Assembly (NCBI RefSeq): GCF_006345805.1
Contig: NW_021832408.1
Location: 1-61,001 of the forward strand
Origin: Octopus sinensis
Lineage: Eukaryota
DNA length: 61,001 nucleotides
Direction of reading: 5' to 3'
Part shown: positions 13,067 through 24,482 of the stretch, piece after piece
Numbering within the stretch: the stretch's first letter is position 1
How the letters are laid out: each line of letters begins with the position of its first letter
Translations under genes and position numbers: made by a program
The notes under the pieces: model-generated
Databases searched by the model: none
What the model was told of the DNA's origin: nothing
Seen by the model: the letters and a program-made list of their open reading frames with translations, nothing else

Positions 13067-13880
13067 TCTCTTTATCACAAGTTTTTGTTTGAGCTCCTGG
13101 AGACTTGCATGCGTAGCGGGATTGCTACCTGCAGCCTACGGTACCATGTTATCTGTTCTTTTCAGCTATCTAATACTTTCATGATTATTCTGGCCGTGCC
13201 AAGGAGGTAAATCTTTTGTAACAGTTCTACTGGGCACTATATCCTAACTTCCTTTTATATTCCTCTTGATGCCTTCTAATACTGTTCCCAAGGACCCAAC
13301 AATAGTTGGCACTATCTTCACCTTCTTCATTTTCCATAGCCAAACTATTTCGTACTTAAGAGGGTTGTATCCATCTATCTTTTCACCTTCCTTCTTGACT
13401 ATTGGTGGGTCAAAGGGGCATGCAACGTAAACTACATAGCATATGTGGTGCACCTTGCCCTCCACCACTAGATCCGGTCTTTTATCTTCTAGTTGCAGAT
13501 CTGTTTGGATTGGGAAATCCCAAAGGATTTTGCTAGTGTCCGACTCTGCCACTCTCTGCGGTTTGTGCTCATATCACGTCTTGCCTCTCTCTAGTCCCCA
13601 CTTTTCGCACAGTTTCCAATGTAGCACTTTCGCTACCTGGTCGTGTCGTCAAAATTTGTAATGGTTTTCGGCAAGTCTAGGGCATTCATTCGTGATATGA
13701 GCAATGGTTTCATCCACTTTATTGCAGTGACGACTCAGCGGAGAGACTCTCATTCCTCAATTTAACCCTCCAGTTCGTGGCCAGAGCTTGGTCCTGCGCT
13801 GCCAGTATAGCGCTCTCGGTCTCTTTTTTTAGGGTTCCTTTCATCAGCCAATTTCACCTATTTTTTCCAGCAACTTCTGT
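13067..13880 (-). mobile_element. R4/Dong-like non-LTR retrotransposon 3' fragment (CCHC knuckle plus RLE), second family
   Basis: Minus strand: WLMKGTLKKETESAILAAQDQALATN...ETIAHITNECPRLA...RHDQVAKVLHW...KILWDFPIQTD...RPDLVV...KKVKIVPTIVGSLG, with stops. The 3' UTR ends in (TAA)n. Confidence 0.9.
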
Positions 13881-13910
13881 TGTGGCTACATGGAATTAAT
13901 TGTGTAGTCC

Positions 13911-14049
13911 CTTCTTCTTCTTCTTCTTCTTCTTCTTCTTCTTCTTCTTCTTCTTCTTCTTCTTCTTCTTCTTCTTCTTCTTCTTCTTCTTCTTCTTCTT
14001 CTTCTTCTTCTTCTTCTTCTTCTTCTTCTTCTTCTTCTTCTTCGTATTA

Positions 14050-14110
<61 letters not shown>

Positions 14111-14195
14111 CATCATCATCATCATCATCATCATTATCATCATTATTATCGTCGTCATCATTATCATCATCATCATCATTATTATTATTGCTATT
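13911..14195. repeat. About 44 x TTC followed by (TTA)n and (TCA)n
   Basis: Uninterrupted (TTC)n at 13911-14043, followed by the other two arrays. Confidence 0.97.
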
Positions 14196-15511
14196 ATTAG
14201 TATAATTCAGAACGTCCACACACTATTAAACAAGAAAAAGAAAAGAAAAAAGAAAAAAAACAAAGAAAAGCAAAGCTGAACAAATTGGTGTTTTATATTC
14301 ATTGTCCAATATTTAGTTCAGATTATAATGAAATAAAATAAAACAGTGAACTAGGAACTGATATATATTATTGGTAAGGAGGTTCATTTATCTCTTATTA
14401 GAAGAGTCAACACAATCTGTTTGCAGAATTCTTTGTGTACGAACGCACTTTTAAACATGTCTGACATTTAACGAGAAATATGACTGTTGCGTATTTGTCC
14501 TTCACATTCTCTCTGTCTCTATTTGTTTGGCTCCGTTTTACTCTTTGTCTTTTGTGTAAGGTAATATAGGCACACACATCCATCCATACACACATACATG
14601 CATAAACTTCGAGTTTCTATACCCAGATAATAATTTCACATTTATACTAATAATGAATGGCGCAGTTGGTTTTGTAAGTAAATGCCTGTGTGAGAACATA
14701 TGTATGTGTGCATGTGTGCATGTGTGTACTCAGTATATGTGACTGAGATGTGACTATTAAATTTAAAAAGCCATCTATGTGTCACAATTTATGTATATAC
14801 ACAGTTTATAAGCAAGTTACTGCAGTATTTGTTCTGATATAACATTCTCATAAACTTACTGCTTTGAAAACAGATTACACATCAGGGAGGGAGAAGAAAA
14901 TTCTTCACAGCAAAGGCCAGCGAGAGCCATCGGTGCATTTCGGCACTTTTGTGCCTTTTCAATAGTGCGTACTCGTATCCAGTCGCTTAAACGAATGAGA
15001 ATTCAGTTAGACCAATCTACATCACTGTTAGGATCATTAGAAAAGTGATGAGGAATATGTTACGCACGCGAAACAAACCCCTGCACACATGTTGCCCATA
15101 GATTGTGATTTCTGCGTTCATCTTCATCGTTGCATATATGTTTCCTCACACAGGAAATCAGGCTCCACACGTCAATGACATTCATAATTACTCCTAATTA
15201 TGTCATTTAATTTGAACCCTCCTTAATTGGAATCTTCACGAATCAGTGGACCTGTTTGGGAACAGTACTGCCAAGACTTGGATGCCTTCAACATAAAGAA
15301 AAATAACCATTAGAACCCCAACACCATTTCTCAATCAAAATTTCTGACCACCTTGTCGTCAGGTACATCAACTTATATTCTAAAGAAACACCATTTTAAC
15401 AAACCAGTCTTCTGGAGATTTCTCAAAGAGTCAACTTGCGAGATTTCGTTCGCATTTTACGGATAAAATATCAGGAGTCGATGTAACAAAAATGTTTCTT
15501 ATTAAACTTAT

Positions 15512-15910
15512 AAACGCAAGTGAGGCTGTGTGGTAAGCAGTTTGCTTATCAACCAAAAGATTCCGGGTTCACTCTCTCCACGTGTTTACACCGGGCAAGG
15601 TTTTTCTAATTTTGCCTCTGGCCAACCAAAGCCTTGTGAGTGGATTTTATTGTTGGAAACTGAAAGAAGCCCATCGTATATATGTATATATATGTATGTG
15701 CGTGTATATGTTTGTGTATCTGTGTTTGTCCCCCAAACATCGCTTGACAACCGATGGTGCTATGTTTACGTCCCCGTAACTTAGCGGTTCGGCAAAATAG
15801 ACCGATAGAATAAGTACTAGGCTTACAAAGAATAAGTCCTGGGGTCGGTTTACTCGACTAAAGGAGGTGCTCCAGCGTAGCCACAGTCAGGTGACTGAAA
15901 CAAATAAACA
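15512..15910 (+). mobile_element. tRNA-derived SINE family A, near full length
   Basis: Head GGCTGTGTGGTAAG...CCGGGTTCAC, short internal TA/TG array, tail GGAGGTGCTCCAGCGTAGCCACAGTCAGGTGACTGAAAC. Confidence 0.92.
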
Positions 15911-15918
15911 AATTATCC

Positions 15919-16565
15919 CAGGTAACTGGGATAACTCCGACATAAAACCTGCGGCTCAGTTGTTACCGATGATGTTGACTTGTTCGTCTTTTCGGATTAT
16001 GGCTGCTGTTGCTTAGTAAGTGGGATAGACTCAGTGAACAGCCTTTCCTCACTTTAAAAATAATCTTTTTACACAGGCATTGCACGATAACAACCTTGGT
16101 TAAGCTTCGTGCAATGGCCATGCTCGATAACGAGGAGGCAGCCACCATGTATATGTATATGTACGAGTAGCAGTAGAGGTACTGGTGTCAATCCATTACG
16201 ACCGTTTCTAACGGCTCCTTTAATTGATTAATAAAAATATTACATCATTGTAAAAGAAACCGTTTTTGTCAGATGAATTCATGAACTTCAAAACAAAGGA
16301 CATTCAAATTGATTTAACATAGTTTAAAATCCACGGGGTGGTACCAAGTTGAATATTTATATAACATTGTTGTTGTGCGTGTATACTATTGCGACCTAGT
16401 TTTTACTATGTTCCCGCACAAGCTTCCCATGTTTTAACATTTTTTATTGTTTTATATATTTTTTCATTTTTTCCTTTTTTATATTTGTGAATGTGTACGC
16501 GTGCGAGTATATGTATATGTATTAATGTATTTAATGTGTATGCATGTGATATATGTGTACGCGTG

Positions 16566-16599
<34 letters not shown>

Positions 16600-16731
16600 T
16601 GTATATGAGTGTAGGTCGGTGTCTGGTGCATGAGTGCCGCGTTCATGCACACGTCCCATTCATCTATACGGATATGCATGTGTTTGTATATGTGCGGGTG
16701 TAGGTGTGTGATATGAGGATATATATATATA

Positions 16732-16745
<14 letters not shown>
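15919..16745 (+). repeat. ~820-bp near-identical duplicate of 25760-26570 (3' part of the RTE-derived element plus flank)
   Basis: Base-by-base similarity from CAGGTAACTGGGATAACTCCGAC to ...GATATGAGGATATATATAT(GT)n, offset 9841 bp, with only scattered substitutions. Confidence 0.97.
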
Positions 16746-16775
<30 letters not shown>

Positions 16776-16776
<1 letters not shown>

Positions 16777-16930
16777 ATATCTTGTGCTTGCCACCTACCA
16801 CCACTAGATAACTGGTATTGGTTTGTTTACGCTCCGAGTCATTGCAGATCGACAAAACAACTCTTCGAGGCGGGGAGCCCAGCATGCCATTGTCCAATGA
16901 CTGAAACAAATAGAGAAAATATAAAAGATA
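16776..16930 (+). mobile_element. SINE family A-related 3' half, degenerate
   Basis: ...TGTTTACGCTCC...GGCGGGGAGCCCAGCATGCC...AATGACTGAAACAAATAGAG matches the family A tail. Confidence 0.6.
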
Positions 16931-17385
16931 CATTTTATAGTATATCATATAAATGAAAGCGAAACAATGTTCAAATAACAGTATCACCAAAGTGTTCTAT
17001 ATGAAAATTAATCAATGCCGTCTCTCTGATTATTAGGCAACTGAGTAATACCTGTAACTATCCACAGGTCCCTTGATTATAATAAGTATGTGAGTGTGGA
17101 CAGTTACGGCTGGTACTCAGTTGCTGACGTTGACTAATAAATAGCAGCAGTTCCTTCTTTATATGTCCTACAAATATTACACATACGATTTATTTACAAC
17201 CGTCGCAATAGTCAGGAATAGTTAATAAATAAATAAATAAACAAGCCCACACAGATATGATTTAAAGTACATTACACAATTTAACGACTAATTTATCCAT
17301 CTTATTCTCTTGTTCACTCTTTCTACTGACATATATATATATATATATGTACATAGAGATAGACATACAGACACACACACACATA

Positions 17386-17459
<74 letters not shown>

Positions 17460-17472
17460 TAACATATATATT

Positions 17473-17530
<58 letters not shown>

Positions 17531-18148
17531 CCTTAAACACGCATAAACACATGCATACATAGATACATACATATATGTATGTATGTATGTATAGATGCAT
17601 AGATAAATAGCTGTGTAAATGTAGAGGACCACACACATGCACACACAGACATACACAGCCACATATAAACACACACCTAATTCATCTAAGTCAAATGCTA
17701 AATATGCAAAGCACAGCCATAACCTAATTACACTCCGTTTTATATATTTAAGCAGAGATGGACAGACAGACCGACAGACAGACAGACGCACACACGCGCA
17801 CACAGAAATATACTCTCGCACTCACACTTGTATAATTTCTTTATTATTCTCTCACAACTTCCTCTCCCGTCTGTCTATCTCTGTTATGTAGGTGTGTGTG
17901 TGTATAGATGGCGCTATGCATCTACGTATGAACAAGTGTATGACTACACGTACGTATGTATGTATATGTACATATATATACATATATATATATATATACA
18001 TACATGTGCATATCTATCTATCTGTATATATATATATATGTATATATACGCACAAATATATATGCACATACATATATATAGATATATAGATATATACACA
18101 CATGTATATATGTATATTACATATGTGCATATATGTATATATATATTT

Positions 18149-18201
<53 letters not shown>

Positions 18202-18232
18202 CATATATATATTCATATATATATATATATAC

Positions 18233-18287
<55 letters not shown>

Positions 18288-18658
18288 AATATATATATAC
18301 ATATATATATACAAATATATATTTGCATACATACAGAAAGTTATACTCTTATAACATTATCTCTTGCATACACAGATACATATGACACACGCACATTACA
18401 CACACACACACACACACACAACACACACACACACAAACCACACACACACATTCCAAACCAGCAACTCTGAAATCAATAATGAACAATTCCTCATTGAAAT
18501 TCATCTCATGTGTTTGACTGATTAATACATTTCACTATCATATCAGTTTAATTACTCGGTGACACCGCTGCAGAGATGTGTATATGTACATACTATAGAT
18601 TCGGGCTTCGCTAACTCTCATCAACCTAACCCCTCTCAAACCGCCTCCATATGGATGC

Positions 18659-18795
18659 AGGCGCGGCTGTTTGGTAAGAAGTTTGCTTCCCGACTACATG
18701 GTTATTGGGAAGATGTTTTTTTTACTATACCTTCGATCCGACCAAAGTCTTGTGAGTGGATTTGCTACGCGGAATCTGAAAGAAGCCCATCGCAT
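18659..18795 (+). mobile_element. SINE family A 5' half
   Basis: GCAGGCGCGGCTGTTTGGTAAGAAGTTTGCTTCC...CCAAAG...GTGAGTGGATTTG...GAAAGAAGCCCATCG, then the TA array. Confidence 0.75.
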
Positions 18796-18834
18796 ATATG
18801 CATCCATATACATACATACATACATATATATATA

Positions 18835-18882
<48 letters not shown>

Positions 18883-18915
18883 TATATATTATATATATAT
18901 ATATATAATATATAC

Positions 18916-19000
<85 letters not shown>

Positions 19001-19023
19001 ATTTGTATATATATATATATATA

Positions 19024-19254
19024 TTTCTTTACTACCCACAAGGGGCTAAACACAGAGGAGACAAACAAAGACAGACAAACGGATTAAGTCGATTACATCG
19101 ACCCCAGTGCGTAACTGGTACTTGATTTATCGACCCCGGAAGGATGAAAGGCAAAGTCGACCTCGGCGTGATTTGAACTCGGAACATAACGACAGACGAA
19201 ATACGGCAACGCATTTCGCCAGGCGTGCTAACGTTTCTGCCAGCTCGCCGCCTT
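19024..19254 (-). mobile_element. tRNA-derived SINE family B, full length, well preserved
   Basis: Minus strand: GGCGGCGAGCTGGCAGAAACGTTAGCACG...GAGTTCAAATCACGCCGAGGTCGACTTTGCC...CCCCTTGTGGGTAGTAAAGAAA. Confidence 0.92.
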
Positions 19255-19256
19255 CA

Positions 19257-19287
<31 letters not shown>

Positions 19288-19288
19288 C

Positions 19289-19323
<35 letters not shown>

Positions 19324-19324
19324 C

Positions 19325-19362
<38 letters not shown>

Positions 19363-19368
19363 ATGTGT

Positions 19369-19672
19369 GGAGGCGCAATGGCCCAGTGGTTAGGGCAGCG
19401 GACTCGCGGTCGTACGATCGCGGTTTCGATTCCCAGACCGGGCGTTGTGAGTGTTTATTGAGCGAAAACACCTAAAGCTCCACGATGCTCCGGCAGAGGG
19501 TGGTGGCGATCCCTGCTGTACTCCTTCGCCACAACATTCTCTCACTCTTTCTTCTGTTGGCCTGCTCGCTTAGCCAGCGGGGTGGCATCATTTGAAAGCT
19601 AAAAAACAATGCGAAGCGCATTGTGACCAGCGATGTGTAGCAACATTTGATAGCCTGGTCGGTCCCGGTGAT
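19369..19672 (+). mobile_element. tRNA-derived SINE family C, tail type 2
   Basis: A-box TGGCCCAGTGG, B-box GGTTTCGATTCCC. Head shared with 5094-5449; the 3' part after ~19553 is different. Confidence 0.9.
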
Positions 19673-19734
19673 GGTGGTATATATATATATATATGTATAT
19701 TTGTAATGAACTTCTTTCAGTGTTTTTTTTCTCT

Positions 19735-19900
19735 CCGTTGTTTTTTTTTATTCTCTCTTCATTTTATCCTCTTAATCCTTTCTGCCGAAGAGCGTAGGCT
19801 CGAAACGTCAAAGACTTTTCCATTCTTCTCGAGCGTTAAATTACTACACCTGCTTGTTGTTCCTACAACTATCTTCGTCTTTTGTTTTCTGTAAATTTGA
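19735..19900 (+). mobile_element. PLE-type terminal repeat fragment with a hammerhead-like motif
   Basis: CTTT-CTGCCGAA-GAGC GTAG GCTC-GAAAC-GTC-AAAG at 19776-19816. Confidence 0.5.
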
Positions 19901-19919
19901 ACTATACATATATACAGGA

Positions 19920-20110
19920 GTGTGTGTGTGTATTTGTGTTTGTTCCGCCACCATCGCATGACAACCTGTACTGGAATGCTTACGTTTCCGTAACCTAGTG
20001 GTTCGGCAAAAGAGACAGTCAGAAAATGTACTAGCATTAGGAGTAAAATTCGTCAAGGTGATGCCACAGCATGGCCACAGCCTGCTGATTGAAACTAGCA
20101 AAAGCTAAAA
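19920..20110 (+). mobile_element. SINE family A 3' half
   Basis: TGTTTGTTCC...CATCGCATGACAACC...CGTAACCTAGTGGTTCGGCAAAAGAGAC...CAGCATGGCCACAG...GAAACTAG. Confidence 0.75.
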
Positions 20111-21646
20111 GAAATCTCGTAAAATGTCAACTGTCAATTGTGCTACTTATAAAGAATGGCATTTTCAAAGAGATTTTTCGAAGAAAACACATAGTATCAG
20201 GCACAAGTGACAGTCTTAGAGACACAGACAATCTCGGAGGGGTTGTGGAGCACTTTGGAACTGCTTTGTAGCTTTCTACGCACTCGCGTTTTGTTCAAAT
20301 CAGAGCAAAATCCGTCAGAACCCTCCATATTACAAAGGACAAATGAAAAATTTTAATTTCGATGATGGTTACAATAATGTCATTTTCAACTTGGCACTTG
20401 TAACCAATATATATATAATTTAAATTGCTCCAGACATTACGATTAGTTTCATTTAATTATATATTCATTGATAGAAAAAGAAAATTCGAAGCACGCGCGT
20501 ACCGTTTCAAAGACACCTCACCACTTACCGACATAATATACATAGTTGTCTTGTGTGGGAATTCTGATGCCATATTGAAGACTTTTGTAATGGTGATTTC
20601 CATAGATTGAAAAGAAAACAGAGTTGTCGGCGTATGTATTACAGACCATAACTAGATTATAAAACATACCTTTCACAAAGAACTCAAGAATTTTGAAATG
20701 TTGTCATTAATTAAGAAAATAAAAATGGTAAGTAAACTCATCACCTAATAATTTTTTTTCTGTTAATCGGGTTCTAGTTCCTTCATAGCAAAAAGAAAAA
20801 TAATAAAAAGACAAACAACGTAAACAAAATACACAACAAAAATAAAGACCAAATGGTAAAGGAAAGAATGGCGTAGATGTTCTCACACCACTGCCACTAA
20901 CACGACGATGACCACCGCGACAACCACCACTACCACCTAACACGACGCTGACCACCACCACCACCACCACCACCAAACTTAGTTCGGTTAGAAGTAACGG
21001 CAGGCGGAACATTAACGCTAATCACGTGGGTATTCTGCATAAATGAAATGGTGACTAGTGAGTATGTTCTGTTAACATAATTATAAGGTCTCACCGTATA
21101 TATTGACTATAGAAAATAGTCTACTTTGGGGTTGGGAGGAAGAGGTACACATAAACGCGCAACAGAAAAAAATGGCTATTAATAAACATGTAACTGATAA
21201 AAAAATTAATATTAATGCTTGGAGCAATTTAAATATGTAATTAAATATCAGTTGCTATAAATTGTGTAGTTTTGCCATGCATCTAAATATATAACTGCGC
21301 GTGCGCGTGCGCAAACGCATATATTAAGTATCTAAAAATACATATCTATTAGCGTATACGTTTATGTATACCTACATACATATGTGGTTTTATGAGATAT
21401 AGTCTGAAGAAAGGCTGTACGTACTTTAAAAATGTATGTACATATTGTATTAGGAATTCATTGTAGACATATAAATATTAATGTTTATGTTCCTGAAATG
21501 GAATTCCCATGATGCATTGAAACAATTGTAAGTAAAAAAAAATAAAGATAATAGCACAAATTACCGTCCTTTTACATATATATACATATATATACATATA
21601 TATACGTATATATATATGTGTGTGTGTGTGGTGTGTGTGTGTGTGT

Positions 21647-21677
<31 letters not shown>

Positions 21678-21983
21678 AGTGTGTGAGTAGAACAATTAGA
21701 AAGATAATTTATTTTCTTTTTGAACACGTAAATACTGTTTTTTGTAAATTATCACTATAAAGGATAAAATCTTTGTAAGTGCTAAAAAATTTGCTGGCAA
21801 ATTTTTCTGCTTTTAAAAGGATTTTAGCCTTTTATATACTGTTCAGTATTTACGTGTTCAAAAAAAGAATTAATCTTTCTAATTGTTCTACAATACATTT
21901 CAACGCTTCAAAACAAAATTATGTTTGTTTACATATAACGTAATCTATCTGTTTATCTATCTATCTATCTATCTATCTATCTG

Positions 21984-22015
<32 letters not shown>

Positions 22016-22045
22016 GAGAGAGAGGAGAGACAGACAGAGAGAGAC

Positions 22046-22131
<86 letters not shown>

Positions 22132-22182
22132 GATATATATATATATATTATATATATATATATTATATATATATATATATAT

Positions 22183-23690
22183 TGCAGAAAACTAAGACTC
22201 ACCGAGGCATTTCAAGACAAACAAATAGAGGAGGACTCAATAGCTAGAAACAAGAGCAATTACACCCCCACCAAAGGTAAGAATAAAGCCTTAGACCGCT
22301 ATTGTGACTACATAACTAATTTCCCGTTTCAATTCATCAAGAAACAAAAACACAGCCCTAACTTCAACAAAAGAGAATGGAACGACCTCATCAAACAAAG
22401 GCATAGACAAAACAATAACAATTAAGGAGGCAGATAAGGACAACGCGATAGTAATAATGAATACAAACAATTATAAAAATTTAGTGCTATCCCTATTAAG
22501 AGATGAAACGTATTATGAAAGGGCCCAACAGTATAACCAGCAAAAAATAATGCATAACCTTAGGACATTAATCAACACATACCAAGAAGGACTCACGAAC
22601 AAGGAGTATGAATACATCACTAACTTCAAATGCAAATCGAGTTTGTTCTATGGTATCCCTAAGGTACACAAAAGCCAAACCATTAGAGAAACGTGCAAAA
22701 CATCCACCGACACACTCATCAAAATCCCTTCACCAAATGATCTTAAACTAAGACCGATAATAGCAGGGCCAGCATGTGAAACTCACCGCCTCAGCAATTT
22801 CTTAGACACACTTCTTAAACCTTTCCTAAAACACATCAAAAGCTACGTAAGAGACGATATAGATATGCTCAACCACCTCCCTAAAACAGTCAATGAGAAA
22901 ACCCTTCCAGTATCATTCGACGTAGTTAATCTTTATTCTAACATCCCTCACAACCTAGGAATAGAAGCGATCACCTTCTGGCTGAATAACTACCCCTTTG
23001 AACTCCCAACTCGCATAAACAAAGACCTTAAAATAGAAGGACTTAGATTCATTTTAGAGAACAATTATTTTATTTTTGACAATGATTTGTACAGGCAAAG
23101 ATCGGGAACAGCGATGGGCACGCGTACTGCACCATCTTTTGCCAACCTAGTGATGGGATACCTCGAGAAAATACTATACCGGATGACACTCGAGAAATAT
23201 GGAAACACCTTCGCCACCTATATCCATAACAACTGGAAAAGATACCTCGATGACTGTTTCATCATCTGGGACAAAGGCATAGAGAAACTTGAGGAATTTA
23301 AAATTCTATTAAATGGAATAAATGACAATATACAATTCACGATGGACCACAACGAAGAAGAATTACATTTTTAGACATCCTCATTAAGAAAACCGGCAAC
23401 AAAATAGAGACAGATATCTACTATAAACCGACAGACTCTAAACAGTACCTACCCTTTGATTCATGCCACCCACGACACACTAGAATGAATGTCCCTTTTT
23501 GTTTAGCTAGAAGGATTTGCCACCATAATATCAGACACAAACACCCGACACACACGTCTCCAGGAACTTAGAACTACACTCACAAATAGAAACTATCCAC
23601 AGCCCCTAATAGACAGTGCAATCCAACGGGTACTTAAATTAAGTATAGAAGACCTAAGACAAACAAAACCAAAAAAGAAAGAACAATAAA
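22183..23690 (+). pseudogene. PLE reverse transcriptase (frameshifted)
   Basis: LRPIIAG...SFDVVNLYSNIPH...YRQRSGTAMGTRTAPSFANLVMG...WKRYLDDCF. Continues after a frameshift at ~23372 as LDILIKKTGNKIETDIYYKPTDSKQYLPFDSCHPRH. Another frameshift lies near 22400. Confidence 0.95.
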
Positions 23691-23783
23691 AACCCTTCCC
23701 TACATCTCTACACACAACCACTCAACAATGAGGCCTTCAACACCATACTACAAAGCACAGCCCTACTAAAGGGAGACCCAAAG

Positions 23784-24314
23784 ATGAACCGGATCCTCGA
23801 AACACACACCATCATTAAAAGTAAACGGCAACCAAAATCCTTGAAAAGGATTTTAACCCAAGCTACACTGCACTCAACATCAACCACAAAACCAGCAGTT
23901 AGAAAATGTGGAAGGCCCAACTGCGGAATCTGTGTCATCTTGAAAGAAGGATCAGAATTTATACTGGAACAAGGCCACCAGTTCACCATTAGAACAAACT
24001 TCACCTGCGCATCAGAAAACTTAATTTACGTCATAACATGCGCAGGCTGCAATAGGCAGTATATAGGCCATACAAAAAATAGCTTACGTAACAGGATGGC
24101 GGTGCATAAATCACAAATTAGAAACCCTGATTACCGCAAAATACCGGTCAGCAGACACATAGATAGATGTGCTGGAAATGTAAATCCGAAATTTACAACT
24201 AACCCGCTCTATAAATTCAGTGACAACGCAACCTTCACACAACGCCAAAATAAAGAACTATATTTCATAAAAAAATTTAGACCAAGTTTAAACACCCTGG
24301 GCCAGGAATACTAA
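23784..24314 (+). CDS. PLE GIY-YIG endonuclease domain with a Cys-rich linker (Neptune-like)
   Basis: CGRPNCGIC...NLIYVITCAGCNRQYIGHTKNSLRNRMAVHKS...NKELYFIKKFRPSLN. This is the C-terminal part of the disrupted PLE ORF. Confidence 0.9.
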   Translation: MNRILETHTIIKSKRQPKSLKRILTQATLHSTSTTKPAVRKCGRPNCGICVILKEGSEFILEQGHQFTIRTNFTCASENLIYVITCAGCNRQYIGHTKNSLRNRMAVHKSQIRNPDYRKIPVSRHIDRCAGNVNPKFTTNPLYKFSDNATFTQRQNKELYFIKKFRPSLNTLGQEY

Positions 24315-24482
24315 AACAAAAGATAAGTCCTCCGAAAAGGAGAAGCAAAATTCCACCACGGCCGCTACTTCAACCAGACACTCACTCTGACGGAAATATG
24401 CCTTAGTAAAAAAGGAAAAAAATTCTTTCGTGCAAATCTGACCCTGATACATACGATACAGCTAAGGGTCAGACCCGATTCT

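Noticed and set aside
19369-19445. tRNA genes at the A/B-box heads (also 5380-5449, 57949-58010)
   Set aside because: No complete cloverleaf or acceptor stem, and each continues into a SINE body.
21400-21525. Hammerhead-like pieces (CTGAAGAAGGCTG; GAAACAATTGTA)
   Set aside because: Core and GAAA are not linked by a credible helix II, and there is no helix I. Possibly a PLE terminal remnant, but unsupported.
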